Source: Azolla caroliniana
Lineage: Eukaryota; Plantae; Polypodiophyta
Length of the DNA stretch: 64,000 nt
NCBI GenBank assembly: GCA_043228905.1
Contig: JBHGNT010000012.1
Coordinates: forward strand, 15,004,001 to 15,068,000
Direction: 5' to 3'
A program made the position numbers and the translations under genes. The stretch's first letter is position 1. Each line of letters opens with the position of its first letter. Shown piece by piece: positions 23,379 through 37,074 of the stretch. A model generated the notes under the pieces. The model had not been told where the DNA came from, did no database searches, and worked only from the letters and a program-made list of their open reading frames with translations.

Positions 23379-26300
23379 TTGAGTAATTGTCAATGTTCTT
23401 TCCCTCATTATGTATTGGGTCCCAATGATTTACTACGTGCAAACGGGTATATCAATGGATCTCCAGTACAATTTTTATTTGATTCGGGAAGCTCACACAA
23501 TTTTGTGAATGATCGTTTGGTACAGATATGGGGAATCCAACCCACCGTAAGTGATCACACCTACACGGTGCACTTGGCTGATGGAAGAGTACAACACATC
23601 AACGGGGCGATTCATTCTTTAGGAATTTCTATTGATACCTATATAGAGGAAGTAGACTTCCATGTAATGAATCTTAGTACCACCGATGTAATACTGGGTT
23701 ATCCCTGGTTTTATAATAAAAGCTCTTCTTTATTTATTGATTGGGTTCGCCATTCCATTTCTTTTGTACTCAACGATTGTACGCATTTTATTCAATGTGT
23801 AAAAAAACAATCCCTCTCGATTGTTTCCTCGTGTCCATCAATATCCGAGTTGTCTTGTTCTACGTTATTTTATTGTGTACTTGATCCGGACATTCACGTT
23901 TACAATATCGATAATGTCTCGGGTCAATTAACATATTTTGAACAAAAACAACTTGATGAAATCGTAAACGATTTTCGTGATGTTTTTCCGAGTGAACTAC
24001 CCGATGGTTTACCTCCTAAACGTAATATAGACCATCGTATAGATATTGTACCTGGCGTTGCACCCATTAGTATACCTCCGTATCGCCTAAGTCGATCTGA
24101 AGAGGATGAGGTAGCTAAGCAACTTAAGGACTATTTACGAATGGGTTATATACGTTATAGTAAATCTCCATGGGGTGCACCAGTTCTCTTGGTTAAAAAG
24201 AAAGAGGGCACATGGCGTATGTGTATTAATTACCGACGCTTGAATAAAGTGACGATCAAGAATTCGTACCCATTGCCCCGGGCTGACGATCTAATTGACC
24301 GTCTCCAGGGAGCTCGGTATTTTACGAAACTTGATCTCCGTACTGGCTACCATCAAATACGAATAAGTGAGGACGATGTTCCTAAAACAGCATTTCGTAC
24401 GCGCTACGGCCATTATGAGTTTTTGGTTATGCCTTTTGGTTTGACCAATGCTCCGGCTACATTTCAACAAGAAATGAATGACATTTTCCGAGAACAACTT
24501 GGAAAATTTGTCGTTATCTTCTTAGATGATATTTTAGTTTATAGCCGTACATTGCAAGAACATGCTAGACATGTCCGCTTTGTTTTACAAATATTGCGTG
24601 ACAAACAATTTTACGCGAAGATCTCAAAATGTGAGTTCTTCAAGAAATCAATTACTTATCTTGGACGTCTCATAACCGAACGAGGAGTTGAAATTGATCC
24701 TTCTCGCATCGAGAAAATCAAGCTTTGGCCCACTCTTCGGAATATTCGAGAAGTTCGATCATTCCTTGGTTTTGTCGGATTTTTGCGAAAATCTCTTCGT
24801 AATTACTCACAATTGACGACGCCGTTTACTGATCTTCTAAAAGGTCAAACGCGTAAGTCTACAAAACCTATTGTGTGGAATGCTACACTAGACCTCGCCT
24901 TTAAGGAACTCAAGGACTTGGTATGCAAGGCTCCTTCACTTCTTTTACCCGATCCTTCAAAACCTTTTGAGGTTGAAACCGACGCAAGCGATTATGCTAT
25001 AGGTGCTGTCTTGTATCAAGATGGTAAACCAATAGCATTCGAGAGTAAGAAACTTGATTCTGCTCAATGTCGGTATACCGTTCAAGAAAAGGAATTATTT
25101 GCGGTTATACATGCGCTCAAGACATGGCGCCATTATCTTTATGGAAATCGCTTTGTGGTAACTACGGACCACGAGTCCTTGAAATATTTTTGTGACCAAC
25201 AAGACCTGAAAGGTCGTAAGGCACGATGGGCTGATCTCATCCAGGACTTTGATTTTTCCATACGATATCGTAAAGGTTCCATGAATACTGTCGCTGATGC
25301 ACTAAGTCGCATCCGTGAAGTTAACATGCTTAGCTTCACTGAAATAACAACAGATCTTTATGATCACCTTCGAGGAAAGTATCCTGATGACAATTATTTT
25401 GCAAAATACTGGGCAAGAGTCGAGTCTGGAACAGACACCACCACACCCTCGAAGGAATACTTCCACATTGCTAACGGTCTGCTCTACCGTAATGGGAAGG
25501 TTTGTGTTCCAGATTTACCTGAGGTCAAAAAGAGAATTCTTTTTGAATGCCATGATGCACCCTCAGCAGGGCACCCTGGAATACATCGTACACTCGTTCT
25601 CATCTCCACTCAATTTTATTGGCCTAAGATGCGTCCTGACATACATAGCTATGTGACTAAATGTCACCAATGTCAGGTTAACAAAGCCGAGCGACTTAAA
25701 GCCGCAGGACTTTTACATCCCTTGGACATTCCCAATAATAAGTGGGAAAGTATATCCATGGATTTTATTGTTAGCCTTCCTCGCACCCAAAAAGGTCATG
25801 ATGCCATATGGGTTGTGGTTGACAGACTAACTAAAATGGCCAGATTTATTGCTACTAAAACCACGGTAACAGCTCCTGAATTGGCTTACCAATTCGTTGA
25901 TGAGTTATTTCGTTTTTACGGGTTACCGATGGATATCGTGAGTGACCGAGATCCAAAGTTTACTAGTGACTTCTGGACGCAAGTCTTTAAGAAGTTAGAA
26001 ACTACGTTGAGCATGAGCTCCACGGATCATCCTCAATCCGATGGACAGACAGAACGAGTAAATCAAATTATTGAGGACATGCTTCAAGCATACGTTGGTG
26101 CAAAACCAACAAAATGGGAACGTTACCTCCCAATTTTGGAGTTTGCTTATAACAGCTCCAAGCATACGTCGACGGGATATAGTCCTTTTATGTTGATGTA
26201 TGGATTTCAGCCACGAGCCCCGATTGATGTTAATATACATCATGATGAGTTGCGAAGTACTCAAAACTTTCTTCGGGATATGCAAGATATGTTGCATATT

Positions 26301-26840
26301 GCACGGGATAATATAAAAACAGCTCAGGATAGAGCGCGTTTTTATGCCGATCATCATAGGCAACCTCGTGTATTCAGCCCTGGACAGAAGGTATTTTTAC
26401 GTGTACCTCACAATTCTAAGACATTGTCTACGGGTAAGTGCGCTAAGTTAGCCCCACGGTTTTGTGGACCTTTTACAGTCCTCAAACGCATTGGATCATC
26501 AGCCTATCGTCTCGCTCTTCCCGATGGTGTTGGAATCCATCCAGTCTTTCATGTAAGTCGTCTAAAAGAACTTCTAGGTTCTGGCGACAATACAGTTACA
26601 ACTGAAACTCTGGTTACTTCTGAAGATTTATCTTCTAAACCACATGTACCAGAAAGAATTCTCGATGTTAAAACAAAAAAATTACGTACTAAGGAAATCC
26701 GAGAATTTAAAATAAAATGGATGGATAAATCAATCAAAGATGCCACATGGGAACGCGAAACGACTCTAACAACTAACTTTCCTAACTTTCCATTGCAAGA
26801 GTGCAATGTTTTAAAGAGGGGGAGTATGTTACGGGCATGA
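23379..26840 (+). CDS. Pol polyprotein: protease, RT, RNase H, integrase, chromodomain (copy 1)
   Basis: [10 protein letters not shown]; SPWGAP..YPLPR..MPFGL..FLDD; ETDASD; HHCC zinc finger; SMDFI..SDRD..GQTE; GPF; PERILD...KIKW...ATWE chromodomain; stop lies inside the 3' LTR. Confidence 0.97.
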   Translation: MSNCQCSFPHYVLGPNDLLRANGYINGSPVQFLFDSGSSHNFVNDRLVQIWGIQPTVSDHTYTVHLADGRVQHINGAIHSLGISIDTYIEEVDFHVMNLSTTDVILGYPWFYNKSSSLFIDWVRHSISFVLNDCTHFIQCVKKQSLSIVSSCPSISELSCSTLFYCVLDPDIHVYNIDNVSGQLTYFEQKQLDEIVNDFRDVFPSELPDGLPPKRNIDHRIDIVPGVAPISIPPYRLSRSEEDEVAKQLKDYLRMGYIRYSKSPWGAPVLLVKKKEGTWRMCINYRRLNKVTIKNSYPLPRADDLIDRLQGARYFTKLDLRTGYHQIRISEDDVPKTAFRTRYGHYEFLVMPFGLTNAPATFQQEMNDIFREQLGKFVVIFLDDILVYSRTLQEHARHVRFVLQILRDKQFYAKISKCEFFKKSITYLGRLITERGVEIDPSRIEKIKLWPTLRNIREVRSFLGFVGFLRKSLRNYSQLTTPFTDLLKGQTRKSTKPIVWNATLDLAFKELKDLVCKAPSLLLPDPSKPFEVETDASDYAIGAVLYQDGKPIAFESKKLDSAQCRYTVQEKELFAVIHALKTWRHYLYGNRFVVTTDHESLKYFCDQQDLKGRKARWADLIQDFDFSIRYRKGSMNTVADALSRIREVNMLSFTEITTDLYDHLRGKYPDDNYFAKYWARVESGTDTTTPSKEYFHIANGLLYRNGKVCVPDLPEVKKRILFECHDAPSAGHPGIHRTLVLISTQFYWPKMRPDIHSYVTKCHQCQVNKAERLKAAGLLHPLDIPNNKWESISMDFIVSLPRTQKGHDAIWVVVDRLTKMARFIATKTTVTAPELAYQFVDELFRFYGLPMDIVSDRDPKFTSDFWTQVFKKLETTLSMSSTDHPQSDGQTERVNQIIEDMLQAYVGAKPTKWERYLPILEFAYNSSKHTSTGYSPFMLMYGFQPRAPIDVNIHHDELRSTQNFLRDMQDMLHIARDNIKTAQDRARFYADHHRQPRVFSPGQKVFLRVPHNSKTLSTGKCAKLAPRFCGPFTVLKRIGSSAYRLALPDGVGIHPVFHVSRLKELLGSGDNTVTTETLVTSEDLSSKPHVPERILDVKTKKLRTKEIREFKIKWMDKSIKDATWERETTLTTNFPNFPLQECNVLKRGSMLRA

Positions 26841-28850
26841 CCATATAATATCCCGTGGTGAGAATTGTCGTAGTATTCTATACACGTGGATAAGTGTGAG
26901 GGTTAAACAAAGAGTCTAAAGAAGGGGAGGATTACTTTTAATCCTCGGGATTGAGACAACCCATGAGGCCAAGTGTGAACATGGCTGGGGGCCTTGAGAA
27001 TTACTATAAATAAGAGGCCTAGCTACCCTCATTTCATCATGCATTGACTACGTCGAGACTCTGTCCGTGAGTGGAACGACTCTTGTAGCAAGCGCGCTAT
27101 CGTCCAGGTACGACTCGACGCCAAGGCGGTGGTATGGGACGCCGATCGAGGCTCGAGTCCGTCTCGATCCCTTCGCTCGGGGGTGGTCGGGTGGATCGGC
27201 ACCCTTCTTTCTCTCTTTTCTCTCTATTCTTTCTAGATCTATCATTGATATATCCTTATTTTATGCTTACTTTAGTACCTAATCTCTAATACAGAGCATG
27301 GTTGGATAGAAATTCTTTGTGTGGACAAGCAAGGAAAGTGTGCCATAGTTTTCTTGTGTTCCACAAAGAAGGAAGGTATGGGATCGTTTGGGATTGACAT
27401 CATGATTTATCATATGATCTAACATTAGTTTGATACAGCAGAGCTATCATATCATCTTGGAGCGGCTTTTTATTTGCAAGAGTCTCTTTAGTTCATCCCA
27501 CCTATATTTGACTGTTTCCTCTCCTCATCCCTCGATCTTACTCTTCACATGTTACAAGTCCATTGGATGGCTTGCCCAACCCCCTCCCAAATTGGTTTGT
27601 ATTGATGTTATGTGACAATTTTTTGGTCCCTTCAGGGTGTTTTGCTTGTGAAGCTAACCACACTACCAACACAACTTACTTATGCATATTAATGAACCTT
27701 CTAATTTTGCATAAAACTCTCTCTCATTGTTGGCTTGGTGGTTTACACAATTGCATCAAAATCATAAATTTGAGAGAACGAAGTTCAATCATTGGAATGG
27801 GCTCAAAACCATCCAATATATTGCAATTGGAGTCCCATGAATCTGAAGAAGATCGCTTGGTCTCTGCTCCTCCCTCTCCCTCCCTTCTCTATCTATGTAG
27901 AAACAACAAGTATATATAGAGACACCATGACAATATATAAAAATTGTATTCACCATCAAACAACTATCCATTTCTTGTATTCCAATTGCACCATATATCC
28001 AACACCTAAGGTAATCAAACACTATCTTATATAATTGGGGAGGTTAAAGCTTTGGCTCCTTGAGCACAAACCCATTGAAAGTGCAGTTTCTATTAATGAT
28101 GCCCAAACTTGTGACATAAAACCCAAATCGCTTTAACAATTGAGCATGTAAGGAATATATTGTCCTCATAACCTAATTTACCATCTCAATTGCAATAGTT
28201 GTATCACTTTCTCATTGACAATATCAACCCTTAATTGAAATGTTTGTTAAATAAAATTCTCAAATGTCTAGAGAAATTTACCAACTATTTACACACTACA
28301 TGAAAATGTTTCACTTTGCTTGCATTGGTTATATTTGACCTCAATGAAAATAATAAAATCAATTCAGAATATGCATATTTCATGTTTGTTACTACTTAAA
28401 AGAGACCCCTTACAAACTTTAATGCTTCAATTCTAGCATTGTATAATGTTGTGGCCTCGAGGTTGGATTCCAGTCAAATTACTTTTTAACATTGTGTTTA
28501 ACATTGTTGGGCATGGGTCCTCGTACCCTATTTCTAATTTCCTTACACAATGCTTAAGCATTGCTAACCCTTTCTTTACTAGGATAGGCAATCTTAGAGA
28601 CAATGACATACCACATTTCACCATACTATACTTATGTTAAAACAACCTTTGTGATTTGAAACTTGTAACTTTATATGTTCCAAAACACAACCTATTAGCA
28701 TTTTTTAAAACAATTTTAGCATTGTTAGCATGTTTTAGATTTGATATTTTCTACAAAGTTTGTCAAAAAAGGATGGCGTGGGATAAGGCATAGCTCCAAG
28801 AATCACATGCCTATAGTGAGTGAAATTCCAAAATTTCATGCCACCTTATG

Positions 28851-28910
28851 TGTTACGGGCATGAGCATAAACCGCAGTATTCTACATACGAGGATAATGT
28901 GTGAAGGTTA
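28851..28910 (+). mobile_element. 60-bp 5' fragment of a related chromovirus LTR, cut by another insertion
   Basis: tgttacgggcatga...gtattcta...ggataa.gtgtga.ggtta resembles the LTR start at 20243. Confidence 0.65.
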
Positions 28911-30454
28911 TGTTGGAGTCGTAGACCGTAAATGCTGAAACAATAACAATAGTGTGTGATGAAGACTGATAAGTGCTAACATAAGTAGACTAAGATGAAC
29001 AGATCAAGCAAGACAACCTAACAAGAATCAAGATCTAAGAGACAGAATATGAGTGAGTGAGTGTGTGTGTGTGTGTTAGAATTTGTCAAGTGGGATCCCC
29101 CATCACATAGAGAGCATGCAAATTCTCTACAACTAGAGATTTTGGCAACATCAAGGTTGTTGGATTGGGAAAGTAAACAATCCTTGCAACATCAATTTAA
29201 TTGAATGGCTCGATTAGGATTGGTATCAGTAAAAGATGCAATTTTGACTTCTCAAAGAAGGTTAATGGCTTTTCATACTGCTAGGTCAACATTTGGAATT
29301 CCTCGCAATTATCAGCACATTTGGGATACATTACAAGGATTATCAGTGTTGCAAGGGCATGTGCCACATTTGAATGAAGATTCTCTATATCTTGATTGGA
29401 CATTTGTGGGGGGGGGAACAACTTAAGTATGGTTTCAACGAATGAGGTTTATCATAGAATTATTGGGAAACATATGTGGTTAGAAAATAGGGTAATTAAG
29501 GTATGGTCTTTTCATAGGCCAACAATTTGGTGGAAGAATGTACTTCAAAAGGGTTGGTGTTCACATTTGTCATTTAGAGCGATGGTGTTTATTTGGAGGG
29601 TTATGGTTGGTGGATTACCATTGGGTGATGCTTTATGCAAAAGGAAAATTGCTAATGGTTTTTGTTTCTTTTGTACGGTGGAAGTAGAGCACAGTCGACA
29701 TCGATTTATTTCATGTCCTGTTACAAAGATGGTTTGGAAATTTATTAATGCAATATGGATGTCCTTGACAGGAGTGATTCCTTCTCCTTTCAAATGGGTT
29801 TTTGCACAAGTGGAATTAGGAGGTCTTTCACCTTCTTTTCAGATTATTTTGGATTATTTGAGGTATTATGGGCTTTGGTTTATTTGGCATATGCGAAATG
29901 CTTTTATATTTGATGAACAAAGGGGAGTACACCGTGACGTGTTGAGATTGAAAGGGTTCCTTTTATGGCAATTTTCATTGTTGGAGATGTCAAGCATATT
30001 CAATCATGAAGAGAAACAAGTATGTAAGTTAGTTGGACATCACATTCGTCATTTGGTCTGATAAGAAAGGTTAGGGGATGTTGAGAGACATATTCATGGT
30101 ACTGTTATGGATATGTATCTCTCTATGTATGTAAAGATGACTAACAAGTTGTAATAGGGGTTTTTTTTACATGCAATTAATATAATTGTGTGATTTTACC
30201 AACAAAAAATAAAAAAATAAAAGAGAGAGAGAGAAAGAAAGAGAGAAAGAGAAAGAGTAGGCACACAATGTAACTTTATTATTCCAAATCATTACAATAC
30301 AAGAATGACAACAACTTCTTGAATTAGGTTACAAGGCCAGTTATATACTACCTGGGTTAGGGCAACTACCATTAAGCATATTTACATAAATGTCCTAAAT
30401 CTGGTTTGTCCAAATGGACAATGTGAATACGGCCATATACACCCGTATTTGACA
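28911..30454 (-). mobile_element. Probable minus-strand LTR interrupted by an L1 fragment in its microsatellite
   Basis: TGTTGG...TTTGACA ends; PPT-like ctcctcc immediately to the right; GT/GA tract split by the LINE. Confidence 0.5.
29076..30222 (+). mobile_element. 5'-truncated L1 LINE 3' end (zf-RVT region) with A-rich tail
   Basis: ORF 29396-30061 FIWRVMVGGLP...CFFC..E...HRFISC...VW...LWFIWHMRN; tail aacaaaaaataaaaaaataaaa. Confidence 0.88.
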
Positions 30455-30910
30455 CTCCTCCGTAATGGGTGTATAGACTAAGGAGAGACATGTACTATGA
30501 AACAAGGTATACAGTGTTACGGGCATGACCATTTAATATCCCGTGGTGAGAATTTACCATAGTATTCTATACACGTGGATAAGTGTGAGGGTTAAACGAG
30601 AGTGTAAAGAAGGGGAGGATTACTTTTAATCCTCGGGATTGAGACAACCCATTAGGTCAAGTGTGAACTTGCCTGGGGGCCATGGGTATCGCTATAAATA
30701 AGAGGCCAAGCTACCCTCATTTGATCATCTTTTGACTACATCGAGACTCTGCTCTTGTGGTGGGTCAACTCTTGTAGAGAGCGCGCTAGCACCAGGTACG
30801 ACTCGACGCCACGACGGTGGTATGGGACGCCGATCGAGGCTCGAGTCCGTCTCGATCCCTTTGCTCAGGGGTGGTCGGGTGGATCGACACCCTTCTTTCT
30901 CTTTCTCCTT

Positions 30911-30943
<33 letters not shown>

Positions 30944-31030
30944 TATCCTTATCATATGCTTACATTAGGGCATATCTCTAATAGTTGGTATCAAGTGAGC
31001 TGAAAGAGAAAACCAAAGTACGTAGAGGTT

Positions 31031-31298
31031 AGAGTGACCATGAGCAGTCCTCACCAGAAATAGGAGCATGGGTGAACGTGGGCAACCATGTGTGATCCTC
31101 ACCGGAGACTGCACACCAACGTGAGCGTGAGCAACCATGTTCGGTCCTCGCTGGAGATTGGAACACCAACGTGAGTGTGAGCAACCATGTGCGGTCATCA
31201 CCGGAGACTAGAACACCAACATGACTGTGAGCGACCATGTACGATCCTCACCAGAGACTGGAACACCAACGTGAGTGTGAGCGACCATGTGCGGTCCT
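31031..31298. repeat. 50-bp tandem repeat (~5.5 copies) inside the copy-2 5' LTR region
   Basis: Unit gagtgtgagcaaccatgtgcggtcctcaccggagactggaacaccaacgt at 31123, 31173, 31223, 31273 plus degenerate upstream copies. Confidence 0.9.
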
Positions 31299-33035
31299 TA
31301 TCTTTCTCCTTTCTATCTATCATTTGTTTATCCTTATCTTAAGCTTACTTTAGTACTTAGATCTATAATATTTGGTATCAGATTTATGTACTAATGTTTC
31401 TTTGTTTTTCATTTGTGTTTTGATTGATGCTGATCGATCGTTGTGCGGTCGGCCTTGATCCAGACAACGATCAACAAAGAACTTCGGTAACTCTTTCCAT
31501 AATTTTTCTTTCTATTCTCTCTTCTCCCATCTAATCATGTGTTTAGTTTATATGTCATTTGTTTTCATTAAGTCAATGATGTTGTAGTGGTCTTTAATTG
31601 GTTATCTAAAACGTTTACATATGTGCACGAGGTCAATACCTTGTTTGACATATTAATAATATGTGATGAGTGTCATATGCGTATGAGGTTAATACCTCAA
31701 TTATGTATTATGTTCACGAACATATGTTACGTTTGCGTATGAGTTTAATACCTTGATTTATTGTAAACGATATGCGGTTGGTCTCGTATGCGTAAGAGGT
31801 CAATACCTCAATTGCGTATTACGATGATCTCTTATTTGTGGATGTTTCCTGTGTGTAGAGGTATATACCTCGATTACGTATCTCGATCACATCATTTGTG
31901 GCTATTTAATATAACGATATGTTAATATAGGCATATGTGGTCACGTATATACGTATTTGATCGTATATATGTGATAAGTAAACATATGTGTATATTCGTT
32001 ATTACGTGATTATATCGAAAGTTGTCCTTGTCGGGAAAAGGATGTTGGTGGCCGTCCTCACATTTTTGTGAGAATGGCGTTGTCACCATCCCTTTTTCAA
32101 CAATTTTTTATTGTTAACCCCGTTGATGACCTCGATTTCGTTACGTAAAGAAACGCCTATAGCCATAATGATGTTGAGTACGTAGGGCTTGATCCACTTC
32201 AAGTGAGGTCGCTCCAATGACACACGTATCCAACATCCCTCCCTCGTTACATGGATACGATGCCACCATGAGCTCGTTCCTACGAGAGGCATTCGTAATG
32301 ACGTGACCATGTGATGGGCCACATGGGCCTACTACGAAACGAGGCCTCATTTGGCTTGACCATTAGGTTGCACTTTGGCGTATGCCATCGTAATTACGAG
32401 ACTTGAGGTTAGGTAACGTACCAACATAGTTTTGGTAAATGAGGGCGAAATAAGGACCCTTGACATATATGTTCTTTTAAAAAAAACATATATGATCAAA
32501 TGCCTCGCATATCTCTTATACGCATCAAACTTTAAGCATTCGAGAAGAGCAACTTACTTGGTGGGCTCAAGTGTTTAATGTATTTGTTCTCGAGGTCTCG
32601 AGTTCAAATATGACCAAGACCATACAACATCCTTGATACATATGACTATAACACATGTTTAGACTTAAGGTCTAAGTTCACCTCGGGGTTCTCGTAATAG
32701 GATTTAAAGAGCCGAAACATAGTTTATTGTTAACATTTTTTTCGTGTATAAACTATTCATGACGCGAACATACATGGTTGAGCCTCGGGGAGCCACCATG
32801 AAAAAATCGATATAGAGATCAGGGAAAGACATTTATTTGTCACCCCCATAGTTTTTAAAACACCTTTGTGTTACCATAGTAACCTGATCTTGAACCTCAT
32901 CTCATACGTCTAGAGGGGTATTGACGTGAGATCATGATATCGATTAATGTTTGCCCATGATATGTTTACATCATGACATGATGTTATGACTATCTCTCTG
33001 ACCTTATCCTATTTCTTTTCCAAAAATAATCTTTA

Positions 33036-36000
33036 ATGGCTCAAATTAACGACCCGATGTCATCCGATCAAGCGGAAGGAACTCAAGGGAATCCTCCTGG
33101 ACAAATGTCCACTGAGATGTATTTGGCACAAATAACCCAATACCTTAGTTTCACCGCTCAACAGATGACCGAACTTCGGCAATCTCAGAGTGCTCTTGAG
33201 GCACGTGTCATTAGTCTACAACGTGAGACTAATAGACCTGATGAGCGACAAGGTGAACCATCATTTGTCGTTAAGCCATTTACGGGAGACAAAAAGGAAA
33301 GAACCGAAGAAGCAATCTGCACATGGCTGGGACGATGGGAGTCTCATTTTGAGCTCTATCCCATGCCAGATAGTACGAAGATTGCATATGTCAGCCGAAA
33401 ACTCGGGGGTAAGGCCGCCGCCTGGTGGCGTGGGCTCCGTACTATGGGGAAATTGCCCGATACCTGGACAGATTTTGTCACGGTTTTTAAGGGCCAATTT
33501 CTGCAACCTCCCTCTCGAACCGAGGCAGCACAAGCTTTAATGAACCTCTCTAGTAGGAAATTTTCCTCTCTAGAAGACTATGTTCACCATGCTAGAACCC
33601 AAATCCAAAAATCGGGTCTAGAAGGGGACAATTGGTTGATAGCTTGTTTTGTCAATGGCATCCCCAATTCGGACTATCATTGGATAGTGCATGATAAGGA
33701 TCCAAAATCCTTCGAAGAGGCCGTTGAAATAGTTCTTCGCTATCAACGCACTTCGAAGAAGGACCACAAAGCAGTCACAATTTGTTGGGAAACGCAAGAC
33801 ACCCAACGAATTCCTGGATCGTGATTGTAAGCGACAACATCCTTTTTGCGTATTCTGCAAAAAAGAAGGGTCATACAAAAGATCAATGTCGAAAGCTCCA
33901 ACGGAAAGAGCACGACAACAAAGCTAAAGCTGCAGACCATAAAGGTCAGATTCCTAATGTCCTTCAGGTCTATACACATCATTTAAGTAATTGTCAATGT
34001 TCTTTCCCTCACTATGTATTGGGTCCTAATGATTTACTACATGCAAACGGGTATATCAATGGATCTCCCGTACAATTTTTATTTGATTCGGGAAGCTCAC
34101 ACAATTTTGTGAATGATCGTTTGGTTCAGATATGGGGAATCTAACCCAACATAAGTGATCACACCTACACGATGCACTTGGCTGATGGAAGAGTACAATA
34201 CATCAACGGGGCGATTCATTCATTAGGAATTTCTATTGATACTTATATAGAGGAAGTAGACTTCCATGTAATGAATCTTTGTACCACCGATGTAATACTA
34301 GGTTATCCCTGGTTTTATAATAAAAACTCTTCTTTATTTATTGATTGGGTTCGCCATTCCATTTCTTTTGTACTGAACGATTGTACGCAATTTATTCAAT
34401 GTGTAAAAAAACAATCCCTCTCGATTGTTTCCTCATGTCCATCAATATCCGAGTTGTCTTGTTCTACGTTATTTTATTGTGTACTTGATCCGGACATTCA
34501 CGTTTACAATATCGATAATGTCCCGGTTCAATTAACATATTTTGAACAACAACAACTTGATGAAATCTTAAATGATTTTCATGATGTTTTTCCAAGTGAA
34601 CTACCTAATGGGTTACCTCCTAAATGTAATATAGACCATCGTATAGATATTGTACCTGGTGTTGCACCAATAAGTATACCTCCGTATCGCTTAAGTCGAT
34701 CCGAAGAAGATGAGGTATCTAAGCAACTCAAGGACTATTTACGAATGGGTTATCTACGTTATAGTAAATCTCCATGGGGTGCACCAGTTCTCTTGGTTAA
34801 AAAGAAAGAGGGCACATGGCGTATGTGTATTAATTACCGACGCTTGAATAAAGTGACGATCTAATTGACCATCTCCAAGGAGCTCGGTATTTTACGAAAC
34901 TTGATATCCGTACTGGCTACCATCAAATACGAATAAGTGAGGACGATGTTCCTAAAACGGCATTTCATACGCGCTATGGCCATTACGAGTTTTTGGTTAT
35001 GCCTTTTGGTTTGACCAATGCTCCGACTACTTTTCAAAAAGAAATGAATGACATTTTCCGAGAACAACTTGGAAAATTAGTCGTTATTTTCTTGGATGAT
35101 ATTTTAGTTTATAGCCGTACATTACAAGAACATGCTAGATATGTCCGCTTTGTTTTACAAACATTGCGTGACAAACAGTTTTATGCAAAGATCTCAAAAT
35201 GTGAGTTCTTCAAGAAATCAATTACTTATCTAGGACATCTCATAACCGAACGAGGAGTTGAAATTGATCCTTCTCGCATTGAGAAAATCAAGCTTTGGCC
35301 CACTCTTCGGAATATTCGAGAAGTTCGATCATTCCTTGGTTTTGTCGGGTTTTTGCGAAAGTCTCTTCGTAATTACTCCCAATTGACAACGCCGTTTACT
35401 GATCTTTTAAAAGGTCAAACGCGTAAGTCTACAAAACCTATTGTGTGGAATGCTACACTAGACCTTGCCTTTAAGGAACTCAAGGACTTGGTTTGCAAGG
35501 CTCCTTCACTTCTTTTACCGGATCCTTCAAAACCTTTTGAGGTTGAAACCAATGCAAGCGATTATGCTATAGGTGTTGTCTTGTATCAAGATGGTAAACC
35601 AATAGCATTCGAGAGTAAGAAACTTGATTCTGCTCAATGTCGGTATACCGTTCAAGAAAAGGAATTATTTGCAGTTATACATGTTTCATTTTTATGGGTT
35701 ACCGATGGATATCGTGAGTGATCGAGATCCAAAGTTTACTAGTGACTTCTGGACGCAAGTCTTTAAGAAGTTAGAAACTACGTTGAGCATGAGCTCCACG
35801 GATCATCCTCAATCCGATGGACAGACAGAACGAGTAAATCAAATTATTGAGGACATGCTTCGAGCATACGTTGGTGCAAAACCAACAAAATGGGAACGTT
35901 ATCTCCCAATTTTGGAGTTTGCTTATAACAGCTCCAAGCATACGTCGACGGGATATAGTCCTTTTATGTTGATGTATGGTTTTCAGCCACGAGCCCCGAT

Positions 36001-36637
36001 TGATGTTAATATACATCATGATGAGTTGCGAAGTACGCAAAACTTTCTTCAGGATATGCAAGATATGTTGCATATTGCACGAGATAATATAAAAACAACT
36101 CAAGATAGAGCGCATTTTTATGCCAATCATCATAGGGAACCTCATGTATTCAACTCTGGATAGAAGGTATTTTTACGTGTACCTCACAATTCTAAGACAT
36201 TGTCTACGGGTAAGTGCGCTAAGTTAGCCCCACGGTTTTGTGGACCTTTTAGAGTCCTCAAACGCATTGGGTCATCAGCTTATCGTCTCGCTCTTCCCGA
36301 TGGTGTTGGAATTCATCCAGTCTTCCATGTGAGTCGTCTAAAAGAAGTTCTAGGTTCTGGCGACAATACAGTTACAACTGAAACTCTGGTTACTTCTGAA
36401 GAATTATCTTCTAAACCACATGTACCAGAAAGAATTCTCGATGTTAAAACAAAAAAATTACGTACTAAAGAAATCCGAGAATTTAAAATAAAATGGATGG
36501 ATAAATCAATAAAAGATGCTACATGGGAATGCGAAAATACTCTCAGAACTAATTTCCCTAACTTTCCATTGCAAGAGTGCAATGTTTTAAAGAGGGGGAG
36601 TATGTTACGGGCATGGCCATTTAATATCCTGTGGTGA
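33036..36637 (+). pseudogene. Disrupted gag-pol of chromovirus copy 2
   Basis: ORF fragments near-identical to copy 1; gag reads directly into protease ([11 protein letters not shown]). Confidence 0.93.
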
Positions 36638-37074
36638 GAATTTACCGTAGTATTCTATACACGTGGATAAGTGTGAGGGTTAAACGAGAGTGTAAAGAAG
36701 GGGAGGATTACTTTTAATCCTCGGGATTGAGACAACCCATTAGGTCAAGTGTGAACTTGCCTGGGGGCCTTGGGTATCGTTATAAATAAGAGGCCTAGCT
36801 ACCCTCAGTTGATCATCTTTTGACTACATCGAGACTCTGCTCTTGTGGTGGGTCAACTCTTGTAGTGAGCGCGCCAGCACCAGGTACCACTCGACGCCAC
36901 GGCGGTGGTATGGGACACCGATCGAGGCTCGAGTCCATCTCGATCCCTTCGCTCAGGGGTGGTTGGGTGGATCGGCACCCTTCTTTCTCTTTCTCCTTTC
37001 TATCTATCATTAGTTTATCCTTATCTTAAGCTTACTTTAGTACTTAGATCTATAATATACAGGATGTACAAAGA

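Larger units (their letters stand above)
20243..27291 (+). mobile_element. Full-length, young Ty3/Gypsy chromovirus (copy 1)
   Basis: 465-bp LTRs 20243-20707 and 26827-27291 (only 2 C/T differences seen); TSD CAGAG; PBS TGGTATCGGAGC (tRNA-iMet type) at 20710; PPT AAGAGGGGGAG; gag-PR-RT-RH-INT-chromodomain. Confidence 0.98.
30515..37057 (+). mobile_element. Chromovirus copy 2, internally deleted, with a chimeric 5' LTR
   Basis: 5' LTR 30515-31370 (with insertion), 3' LTR 36603-37057; TSD TACAG; gag-pol remnants 33036-36637 with stops, a short deletion at ~34860 and an ~0.8-kb RH-INT deletion at ~35683. Confidence 0.96.

Noticed and set aside
23325-23385. Programmed gag-pol ribosomal frameshift
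   Set aside because: Both sibling copies have gag and pol in one frame; no canonical slippery heptamer seen
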